Positions 56,420 to 64,000 of a stretch of DNA of 64,000 bases are shown here, piece by piece (the stretch's first letter is position 1; every line of letters begins with the position of its first letter). The DNA lies in the NCBI GenBank assembly GCA_045546275.1, contig JAZQCM010000042.1, positions 3,864 to 67,863 of the forward strand, written 5' to 3'. The position numbers were made by a program, and so were the translations under genes. The notes under the pieces were generated by a model. The model ran no database searches and was not told the DNA's origin. It was given only the letters and a program-made list of their open reading frames with translations. The stretch is from Clostridia bacterium (GTDB lineage: Bacteria > Bacillota > Clostridia > UMGS1883).

Positions 56420-58825
56420 TTATTCTGCAGCAGTTAAAGTAAATACCTGGTTACCTGTGCCTTTTTCTTCCTGTGTAACTGTATCGTCTTCATTCACTGT
56501 AAGGTAAAGGTTACTGTGCACTGCCTTGAACATTACACCATTTTCAACCTCTTCCTTGACAAACATCTGGTTTTCAGCACCTGTAGCACTCCAAAGAATT
56601 GCTGCCTTGCCTGCCTCTGTGGAAAGGTCCAGAATGTCAATAAGTGTACCTTCCTTAGTATAAACAAGTGTGCAAATGCCTTCGCCCATGTCCTTAACCT
56701 TCCATGCGGCTTCTTCATCAACAGCTTGTACAAACAAGTAGTTTGCACTCTTATCAACTGCGCCAAGGTATTTTTCAGTGCCGTTCACCTTAATTGTGTA
56801 GTCAAGGTTACTTGTGTTCTTTTCAATAGGTTCAAGAGTAAATACTGTGCCTTCGCCTTCAATACCCGAAACAAGGTTATCGCCCTTAACTTCAATGGAA
56901 AGTGAATATCTTTCGCTTTCGAATACGTAGCCGCCGTCTTTCTCGTAAACTGCAAACTGTTCATTTATTGCCCATGTGCCACCATACTGGTTAATTGTCT
57001 TTGTGGGAAGACCTGAGTCATCAAGCTGAAGTGAAGAGCCCGAATGCTTGGGAAAGAAACGAATAGTGTCGGCTGTTTTTTCAATAGCGAAAAGCTGAGA
57101 AGCATTGCCTTCTTCGTAATCGGAAAGGATTACCGGAACTTCGTTGTCTAACGATGCATCTGTAACTGTCCAAACCTTGCCTGTTGCCTTGTCCTTCACT
57201 ACATAGTAGTTGGAGTCGTCAATTTCGCTTGCAACGCTGCCTTCAGTTTTCTTGGAAAGGATTTCTTCAATATCTGTAATGCACTTTTCGTACTTTTCAT
57301 AATCCTTGAAGTATTCCTTGTCTGCACGGTAAAGCATACCGCGGAGCACGTTTGTACGGTTGGGATAAATTTCTTCAAGGTGCTCAAAAGCATCTGTGTC
57401 ACGGCTCATGAAGAAGAGCTTGTTAAATTCAGCCAAGTCTTCAGCCTGGTTGGATGCGCCATAGCCGGAAATCGGAATAGCGTCAAGAGATTCAGCGTAG
57501 CTCCACACGTTGTTATCGGGGAGAACATTGCTGTCTAAAATGTGGCCAAGCTCGTGACAAAGTGTGCTTGTAATCTGCTGAGAAGTGGAGGGTTCGTAGT
57601 TAAGACGAATCCAGATTGCATTACCGCCACCATTAAAGCTGTTTGCACCGTCGCCTGCCTTCCAGTAGAGCCAATGCACATACTGACGGATTGCATAAGG
57701 TGTTCTTGCAATAGCTTCAATTGAACGTTCAACCATGGGAACGTCTTCTTCGTTACTTACAAAGGTGAACTTGTGTACCTGACCTTCGCTGTCGCCTTCC
57801 ATTTCTACTTCGTAAAGCCAGCAGGGGCATTTGTGACCACGCCAGATATCAAAAGCCTCGTCGTAGGTTTTACTAACAATTTTATACTTTGCAACATGGT
57901 CGGAGGCAAGTGTGCCGCCTACCTGATAGGAAGCTGTGTATGTAAGGCAATCACGGATAAGGCTTGCCTGTTCTTCGGGGGGAAGATTCATGTAATCTGC
58001 TGCTGCAAACTTGTTTTCGGCATTTGCCATAGCCTGCTGTGTAATCCAGATTTTGTCTGTAAAATATTCGTCAGCAGCTCTCTGGTATCTTTCGTCCAAA
58101 AGCTTGTAGCCGGGTGTGGAAGAAAGGGAAGAAACAATAGAGTCGGAAACATATTCCAATTTCCACATCGAATAGTCGCTTTCCTTGTCGGCAGACTGAA
58201 TAACAGCACCGTCTTTTTCAGCTAAAACAAGGTCACAATGCTGGGGAGTGATTGTATAGTAGCCGTTACCAACTGCTGTAAGCTTCATTTTCTGCTGAAT
58301 GTTTGAGTAGTAGGTGTATTGAATAAGTTGAACACCTTCCTCTGTTTTTGCATCGGGAACATCAAGAGAACGGCCCGAAAGCATGTTCACAAAATAACCG
58401 TATTCGTCGTCAATTTTTGCATAGCGGAAAACCTGGTCGGAATTGTAGTAATCGTAAGGTTCTGTTACGATTAATGCAAGGTTTTCCTTGTTGTAATCTT
58501 CAGCTACGATTACATTGCCTGTAGCCTTGTTAACAAGGCGGTAGTACTTATTAAAGGGGTTAGAGGCAACCAGAACAGTCTGTGTTTCCTGGTTCCAGCC
58601 TACAACTTTGCCGTTTTCCTCGTAATACTTACGAACGGCGATTTCGCCTTCTAAAGAGGAGTCAATGTCTGCCGCATCGGCAAAGGTTGTCCAGTCTTTA
58701 AGATAAGCCTGGTCTGTGACGGTTGCACCGTCCAGAGTTACTGTTATCATTACACTTTCTGCAAGTGCGGAAACACTTGTAAGAAGAAGCATAAGACACA
58801 GTGCGAGTGAAATAATTTTTTTCAT
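56420..58825 (-). CDS. Secreted zinc metallopeptidase (HEXXH) flanked by ricin-B lectin domains.
   Basis: Signal peptide MKKIISLALCLMLLLTSVSALA. HExxH motif CHELGHILD. Ricin-B QxW repeats near the N-terminus (SDQVFRY...YSMWKLEY) and at the C-terminus (AAWKV...NQMFVK...NQVFTL). Confidence 0.75.
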   Translation of the reverse strand: MKKIISLALCLMLLLTSVSALAESVMITVTLDGATVTDQAYLKDWTTFADAADIDSSLEGEIAVRKYYEENGKVVGWNQETQTVLVASNPFNKYYRLVNKATGNVIVAEDYNKENLALIVTEPYDYYNSDQVFRYAKIDDEYGYFVNMLSGRSLDVPDAKTEEGVQLIQYTYYSNIQQKMKLTAVGNGYYTITPQHCDLVLAEKDGAVIQSADKESDYSMWKLEYVSDSIVSSLSSTPGYKLLDERYQRAADEYFTDKIWITQQAMANAENKFAAADYMNLPPEEQASLIRDCLTYTASYQVGGTLASDHVAKYKIVSKTYDEAFDIWRGHKCPCWLYEVEMEGDSEGQVHKFTFVSNEEDVPMVERSIEAIARTPYAIRQYVHWLYWKAGDGANSFNGGGNAIWIRLNYEPSTSQQITSTLCHELGHILDSNVLPDNNVWSYAESLDAIPISGYGASNQAEDLAEFNKLFFMSRDTDAFEHLEEIYPNRTNVLRGMLYRADKEYFKDYEKYEKCITDIEEILSKKTEGSVASEIDDSNYYVVKDKATGKVWTVTDASLDNEVPVILSDYEEGNASQLFAIEKTADTIRFFPKHSGSSLQLDDSGLPTKTINQYGGTWAINEQFAVYEKDGGYVFESERYSLSIEVKGDNLVSGIEGEGTVFTLEPIEKNTSNLDYTIKVNGTEKYLGAVDKSANYLFVQAVDEEAAWKVKDMGEGICTLVYTKEGTLIDILDLSTEAGKAAILWSATGAENQMFVKEEVENGVMFKAVHSNLYLTVNEDDTVTQEEKGTGNQVFTLTAAE

Positions 58826-58863
58826 TTCATTCTTCCTTCCTTTACTTATTTATTCTAAAAAAT

Positions 58864-61713
58864 TTAGAAACATTTTAAGGTGCGGTACAGAACCGCTGCC
58901 GCCTCGGCACGTGTTGCGTGGTCCAAGGGCTTGAAAAGGTTCATTTCCTTACCTTCAAAAAGGTTAAGGTTTGTGCCCGTTTTCACCGCATCGTAGCTCC
59001 ATGAGCTTATCATGTGAGTGTCGTCGTAGCGAAGGGGCAAATCGTAAGGCATTGGGCCTTCCGCCAATTTATAGGCACGGGCAATTATTGTTGCCATTTG
59101 TTCACGGGTAATGTAGCCATTGGGGTCAAACTCTGTTTCGGATGTTCCTGTTATAATGCCTCGGCGGTAGGCAGCTTCAATGTAACCTGCCGCCCAGTAG
59201 CTTTCATCAACATCTTTGAAATTGCCGGAATAGGGCAACGAAACAAGTGAAAACGCACGTACAATCATTGTTGTAAATTCCGCTCTTGTAACCAAATGCT
59301 CAGGGTAAAACATTGTTTTTGTTTTGCCCGATATTACACCCTTTTCCGAAAGAGCTGCAACCATGTTTTCTGCCCAGTGGTCGGTAATGTCGTAGAAGGG
59401 GTGTTCTTTCACATTGTCAAGCTCAACAGGAGTCATTTCAGAAAGGGGAAGCTCGTCCTTTTCGTTCTGGTCAATATCCGATGCAATAAGCATTGGCAAC
59501 GAGGACAGGCTTTCACTAACAAGACCTGTGTAAGCGCAAATGGGGGTAACCTCAAAAATCACATACTGACCTGCCATATCGGGGGTGAACTCGAGATAAT
59601 TCTGGTTGGGAACACCAATCGGCTCGTAATGACCATCGTAGGTTGAAGAAATATACCAACGGGTTGAGCTTATGTCGGAATCAGGCTCATTTGTCATGTT
59701 GTTGATGTAGGTATAAGTGCCACGAAGGTATTCGCCATAGTCACCGCCTGAAATTGTAATTTCGGAAGCGGAAAGCTCTGCAGGGAAAATTTCAATATTA
59801 TCAATTATAAGACCAACCTCAGTTTCGCTTTCAATGTAGAGAGCAAGGCGGCCTGTTACGGTTTGGTCAACCATAAAGGGAATAAGTGTGTCTTCTGTGG
59901 GGTCGTATTGTGCAAAGGGCACATATTCGCCTGTGTAGGCGTCGGCAATAAGTGCAGTTACAATGCCCTCGCCAACCCCGGGCGATGCGGAATAAACATA
60001 GTATTCTCCGCCCAAAAGCTCCATGTAGGAGTTATTCATAACCATACATGATGGGTCAGGTGAATAAACATGTCCTGCTTTTTCACCGTTGTAATCAATT
60101 ATTGAGAAAACAGAACCATCGGAAGCGGTCCACCACTCATTTGCCTGCTTGATTTCAAAGCTTCCGTCACCAACAAGGTTGTCGCTGATTGAAATTTCAA
60201 GCTTTGAGGTTATGTTTTCGTAGGTTGCGGTGATAATGTAATTGCCAAGGTGGGCGTTGCTTTCAACAATTATTTCGCCATCTTCAAGGTACACTCCCTG
60301 GTTTGTGGGTGAAATTGAAAGATTAGGTTTATAGTTATCCATTGCATTACCCATCTGGTCAAGAACATAGGCAAAGCAAGGAAGAACGGTTGCCTCTGAG
60401 GGAACTGCAATGTTGCCGGGAGCATGAATTGAAACCGTTGTAGGTGCTTCATCCTCTATGGCTAAGTAAACGTTGTCAATGTAAATAGGTCTTTCTGACG
60501 GAGCGTACAAATTAAGGGTAAGGTCGTAAAGACCTGTGTCTTCAATGCAAAAGGCACTTGTAACCTGGTTCCAGTCTCCGCCAATGCCTGTAATGTTAAT
60601 TTCGGCGTAGCCTGACTGAGCAAATGAAAGGTTTGAAATGTATACTGAAGAAGAGGGAAACTCCTCGTCGCTTCTTACATCTGCTTTAAAAACGTACATT
60701 TCATCTTCCATCAAAAACAACTGGTCAGTGTAGCTTATGGTGGTGTATTTGCCATACATTCCGTCTGTGGAGGCGTAAAGCGAAAGAGAGCCGTCAGCAT
60801 AGGTAATTTCGTCCTCGCTTACCCATTTTTCCATGCCTTCTTCAAAGGATGCATCCGCCAGAAGATTTTTTGTGAGAAGTGCTGTAAATTCCGGATTTTT
60901 CACAGGAAGAGCCTCGGAAGAGGTAACCGAAATTGTAACCGTGGTATCGGGATTTGCAGTGGAATGAACTCTGACCATTCCCGATGCACCGTCAAACTCC
61001 ACACCTTCGGGAACATTGGTCATGGCAAAGTTATAGTCTTCCAAAAGAATATTAACAGGATTATCGTCGGTGTCGTAGGTAACAATGCTGTAACGGTAAT
61101 CTGTAAATCCACGGTCGGGAATGTACATGCTTTTAGGCCCTTCAATAACCGTATATTCGGGAACACGTGTTTCTGTTGTGATTGAAATATCGTCAATAAA
61201 GAAGCCCATGTCAATGTCACCGCCCGAAAGAGAAATGATGGGCTTACATTCAGCATCCTCCGTTGCCATAAATGAGGCTGTAACAAATGTAAAGCTGTCA
61301 CCGACAGAGTCAATATCAATAAAAAGTGCCTCGCCGTTACGACCAAGATATGCGCTGGCAGCTCCTTCTCTGGTGTCGGAAGCAAGAGGGTTTAACACAT
61401 ATGCCGAAAATGTGTAAACAACCCCCTCTTTAAGAGTTATTGTGTCGTTATATTCAAGAATGTGCCCAAAAACTGCAGTATCCTCTTCGCCAAAGGGGTT
61501 TGATATCTGCATGCCGTACTTGCCTTCGTAGGCACAGCCTTCGTCAAAAGTGCCGCCTGTCCACAAATCGTTTTCTGTTTCAAAGTTTTCAAAAAGAATC
61601 GCTTCCGATTCTTCCGCAAGGGAAACAACGGGCAAAAGTGACAAAACATATATTATAAACAATGTAATTGAAATAAGTTTATTTTTGTAAATCATTATAA
61701 TCTTCCTAAGCAT
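58864..61713 (-). CDS. Large SLH-anchored surface protein with CBM-like beta-sandwich and Ig-like domains.
   Basis: Signal/TM N-terminus. C-terminal SLH triad (FYDITDHWAENMVAAL, FKDVDESYWAAGYIEAAY, ITREQMATIIARAY, ATRAEAAAVLYRTL). Confidence 0.85.
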   Translation of the reverse strand: MLRKIIMIYKNKLISITLFIIYVLSLLPVVSLAEESEAILFENFETENDLWTGGTFDEGCAYEGKYGMQISNPFGEEDTAVFGHILEYNDTITLKEGVVYTFSAYVLNPLASDTREGAASAYLGRNGEALFIDIDSVGDSFTFVTASFMATEDAECKPIISLSGGDIDMGFFIDDISITTETRVPEYTVIEGPKSMYIPDRGFTDYRYSIVTYDTDDNPVNILLEDYNFAMTNVPEGVEFDGASGMVRVHSTANPDTTVTISVTSSEALPVKNPEFTALLTKNLLADASFEEGMEKWVSEDEITYADGSLSLYASTDGMYGKYTTISYTDQLFLMEDEMYVFKADVRSDEEFPSSSVYISNLSFAQSGYAEINITGIGGDWNQVTSAFCIEDTGLYDLTLNLYAPSERPIYIDNVYLAIEDEAPTTVSIHAPGNIAVPSEATVLPCFAYVLDQMGNAMDNYKPNLSISPTNQGVYLEDGEIIVESNAHLGNYIITATYENITSKLEISISDNLVGDGSFEIKQANEWWTASDGSVFSIIDYNGEKAGHVYSPDPSCMVMNNSYMELLGGEYYVYSASPGVGEGIVTALIADAYTGEYVPFAQYDPTEDTLIPFMVDQTVTGRLALYIESETEVGLIIDNIEIFPAELSASEITISGGDYGEYLRGTYTYINNMTNEPDSDISSTRWYISSTYDGHYEPIGVPNQNYLEFTPDMAGQYVIFEVTPICAYTGLVSESLSSLPMLIASDIDQNEKDELPLSEMTPVELDNVKEHPFYDITDHWAENMVAALSEKGVISGKTKTMFYPEHLVTRAEFTTMIVRAFSLVSLPYSGNFKDVDESYWAAGYIEAAYRRGIITGTSETEFDPNGYITREQMATIIARAYKLAEGPMPYDLPLRYDDTHMISSWSYDAVKTGTNLNLFEGKEMNLFKPLDHATRAEAAAVLYRTLKCF

Positions 61714-61813
61714 AATATTATAGAATAATTATATCATCAAATTGTACAAATGTCTACAAAAATAAGCCACAAAATTTGTTAAAATTTTGTGGCTTATGCT
61801 TATTTTAGTTCAA

Positions 61814-62890
61814 TTATTCAACTATTCTTGTCCAGTTGAAACTATCTTCAATTACACCGGACTGTATGCCTGTGATTGTGTCGTAAAGCATCTGGGAAAT
61901 TTCGCCGATTTCGCCGTTGTTGATAACCATTTTCTTGCCCTTGTGGCACAATTCACCAACAGGAGAAATAACAGCAGCAGTGCCTGTACCGAAAACCTCT
62001 TCCAAAGTACCGTTATCGTAAGCTTCCAAAACTTCGTCAATGGAAATTCTCTTTTCACTAACGGGAATATTCTTGCTCTTAAGAACATTAATAACGCTGT
62101 CACGTGTGATACCGGGAAGGATTGAACCGTTCAAGGCAGGTGTTACAACCTCGCCATTAATCTTAAAGAAGATGTTCATTGCACCAACTTCTTCAATGTA
62201 CTTTCTTTCAACACCGTCAAGCCAGAGCACCTGAGAATAACCCTTTTCGCCTGCTACAACCTGACCTTTAAGAGAAACTGCATAGTTACCTGCAGCCTTT
62301 GCAAAGCCCATACCGCCACGAACGGCACGAACGTATTCATCTTCAACATAAATCTTAACAGGGTTGAGGCCCTCTGCATAGTAGGGTCCTACAGGTGAAA
62401 GGATAACCATGAACTTGTATGTATGAGAGGGGTGAACGCCTAAAAATACATCAGTTGCAAAAATAAAGGGACGGATGTAAAGGGATGTGTTGGGAGCAGA
62501 AGGTACCCAATCACGTTCAACATTTACAAGCTCCATAACTGCCTTTGTAAATTCTTCTTCATCAATCTGAGGAATGCAAAGGCGGTCGTTGGAAACGTTA
62601 AGTCTTGCCATGTTTCTGTCGGGGCGGAACATACGGATTTTGCCGTCGGGGCAACGATATGCCTTCAAGCCTTCAAAAACAGCCTGACCATAGTGAAGTG
62701 TTGTTGTTGCAGGGTCCATTTCAATAGGACCGTAGGGAACAATTCTGCCGTCGTGCCAGCCAATACCTTCTGTATAGTCAATAATTAACATATGGTCGGT
62801 GAAAGTTCTGCCAAAAGGAAGATTTGATTCATCAACGGGTTTTGCCTTGGGGGCAGTTGTTTTTGTAATTTTAAGTTCCATTAAAAACAT
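61814..62890 (-). CDS. ilvE: Branched-chain amino acid aminotransferase (fold type IV).
   Basis: ...[17 protein letters not shown]. Typical size of 358 aa. RBS acaggag upstream. Confidence 0.92.
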   Translation of the reverse strand: MFLMELKITKTTAPKAKPVDESNLPFGRTFTDHMLIIDYTEGIGWHDGRIVPYGPIEMDPATTTLHYGQAVFEGLKAYRCPDGKIRMFRPDRNMARLNVSNDRLCIPQIDEEEFTKAVMELVNVERDWVPSAPNTSLYIRPFIFATDVFLGVHPSHTYKFMVILSPVGPYYAEGLNPVKIYVEDEYVRAVRGGMGFAKAAGNYAVSLKGQVVAGEKGYSQVLWLDGVERKYIEEVGAMNIFFKINGEVVTPALNGSILPGITRDSVINVLKSKNIPVSEKRISIDEVLEAYDNGTLEEVFGTGTAAVISPVGELCHKGKKMVINNGEIGEISQMLYDTITGIQSGVIEDSFNWTRIVE

Positions 62891-62975
62891 CTCCTGTGTT
62901 TAAAATATATTGTAATCTATTATGCACCTTTTTTTTGAAAAAATCCAGTACTTTTTCAAAAAAACTTAAATTTTC

Positions 62976-63015
62976 TTAAGATGCATTGTATAGGTTACAA
63001 AATCTCCATGAGGAA
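62976..63015. repeat. Copy A (intergenic) of a perfect 40-bp direct repeat.
   Basis: ttaagatgcattgtataggttacaaaatctccatgaggaa is identical to 63152-63191. Confidence 0.85.
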
Positions 63016-63151
63016 CCGAGCCCGAACGCGTCCTGCGGACGATTAAGTGAGGGCGCAGGGTTGTGCCGCGGTCAACAAGCAACGACCAAGAGGGAGTTGC
63101 TGTTGGGAACCGCAAACGGAGTTCCTTGTTTATAGATTTTCCGAAAGCTTT
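63016..63151. other. 136-bp GC-rich (~60% GC), highly self-complementary element bracketed by the 40-bp direct repeats. Candidate structured ncRNA or small inserted element.
   Basis: Nested inverted repeats cgtcctgcggacg, caacaagcaac...gttgctgttg and ggaacc...ggagttcc. The GC content contrasts with AT-rich flanks. It contains the agaA stop codon. Confidence 0.4.
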
Positions 63152-64000
63152 TTAAGATGCATTGTATAGGTTACAAAATCTCCATGAGGAAAATCTATAA
63201 ACGCGCCTCTGTGCATCAGCTCATCGGCAGAATAAACATTGCCTGTGTGTTCATCCTTGTAAAGTGCCCCTTCCTCCAGGCCGTTGAGCTTTACAATGGG
63301 GAAGTACACGTTTGACTTGAACATAATCCTTACTGCACAGAAAAGGCTTTCGGTTTTATCCTCGTTTACTATCTGCCATGCCCCAAGATTGCCTGTGAAT
63401 GGGTTTGCCAGGCGGTAAAAATCGCCGTATTGAACAAGAGAGCGTATTTTTTTGCACTCCTCAACCTGGAGCTTTATTGCATCCAAATCTTCCTGTGGAA
63501 GAGTTGTAATGTCCAGCTCATAGCCAAAATTGCCTGAAAGAGCAATGTCACCACGGGTTTTCATGCTTGGTTTTCGTGCAGTGTAGTGATTGGGCGATGC
63601 TGTTACGTGACTGCCCATGGTGGAAGTTGGGTAGCCGAAAGAAGTTCCATACTGAATGTACACTCTTTCAATGGGGTCGGTGTTGTCGCTTGTCCAGATT
63701 TGTGGCATGTAGCAAAGAATACCTGCGTCAAACCTTCCGCCACCGCCGCTACAGCCTTCAAAGAGCACCTCGGGTGCCGCCTTTGTAATTTCATCTGTTA
63801 CACGATACATGCCTAAAGTATATTCATGGTTGTAGCCTAAGCGAGGCATGTCGGTAATGTAGCGGTTGTAGTCCCACTTAACGTAGCTTATTTTAGCCTT
63901 TTTAAGAATGGAAACAACTGAATTTATAACATAGTCCTGTACTTCTTTTTTAGTTAAGTCTAAAACTAACTGATTGCGGCTCTCGGCAGGCTTAAGTCCA
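63130..64000 (-). CDS. agaA: Alpha-galactosidase (GH36), 5'-partial. The gene continues beyond the window end.
   Basis: CSGGGGRFD...MPQIWTSDNTDPIERVYIQYGTSFGYP matches the GH36 catalytic region. The frame is open from 63849 to the window edge. Confidence 0.85.
   Translation of the reverse strand, partial: GLKPAESRNQLVLDLTKKEVQDYVINSVVSILKKAKISYVKWDYNRYITDMPRLGYNHEYTLGMYRVTDEITKAAPEVLFEGCSGGGGRFDAGILCYMPQIWTSDNTDPIERVYIQYGTSFGYPTSTMGSHVTASPNHYTARKPSMKTRGDIALSGNFGYELDITTLPQEDLDAIKLQVEECKKIRSLVQYGDFYRLANPFTGNLGAWQIVNEDKTESLFCAVRIMFKSNVYFPIVKLNGLEEGALYKDEHTGNVYSADELMHRGAFIDFPHGDFVTYTMHLKKLSENL
63152..63191. repeat. Copy B of the 40-bp direct repeat, lying inside the 3' end of agaA (codons PHGDFVTYTMHL).
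   Basis: Identical to 62976-63015. Confidence 0.85.

Noticed and set aside
63040-63075. A + strand match to the T-box antiterminator consensus (AGGGTTGTGCCGCGG versus AGGGTGGNACCGCGG) inside the GC-rich element.
   Set aside because: The match is on the + strand, but the only gene it could regulate (ilvE) is on the minus strand. No stem I or specifier architecture is recognisable. It is probably a coincidence of GC-rich palindromes.
1-64000. A search for mobile elements, tRNA genes and rRNA genes.
   Set aside because: No transposase, integrase or recombinase-like ORFs were recognised. No tRNA-like cloverleaf sequence or rRNA sequence was recognised by eye. Covariance-model scans were not possible.

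Overview
This window is a Firmicutes (Clostridia, probably Ruminococcaceae/Oscillospiraceae) chromosomal segment of about 38-40% GC with dense coding and sigma-A-like promoters. It is mostly core housekeeping content.

Housekeeping genes:
- spoIIGA-sigE, htpG, malQ, and the shikimate block aroB-aroA-aroC-pheA.
- A CarD/CdnL-like regulator, ispD-ispF, and a zur-znuACB zinc-uptake operon.
- The era-dgkA-ybeY-pgpH-phoH-yqfD-yqfC block.
- rnc, thrS, sleB, rplM-rpsI, a TtcA-like PP-loop ATPase, and ilvE.

Secreted modular surface and carbohydrate-active proteins:
- Three SLH-anchored proteins.
- A Cthe_2159-like beta-helix protein.
- A 1004-aa protein combining ricin-B, FN3, a GH43-like domain and an F5/8 type C domain.
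- A ricin-B zinc metallopeptidase.

Loci that stand out:
- A six-gene operon (47.7-53.3 kb) encoding an APH-fold kinase, two thioredoxin-like [2Fe-2S] ferredoxins, a PAS-domain sensory [FeFe]-hydrogenase (HydS/HfsB-like), a SpoIIE/PP2C phosphatase with an unassigned C-terminal domain, and a second [FeFe]-hydrogenase. This is a putative H2-sensing phospho-signalling module whose output is unknown.
- A glycyl-radical enzyme of the PFL2/glycerol-dehydratase clade with its activase and an HPr/Crh-like protein that lacks the phospho-His.
- A 136-bp GC-rich structured element flanked by perfect 40-bp direct repeats that duplicate the 3' end of a GH36 alpha-galactosidase upstream of ilvE.
- A gene-free ~420-bp region upstream of rnc carrying a cluster of TGTGGAAAA motifs and a terminator-like hairpin.
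- Several short tandem repeats.

No tRNA or rRNA genes, CRISPR arrays, transposases or integrases were recognised.
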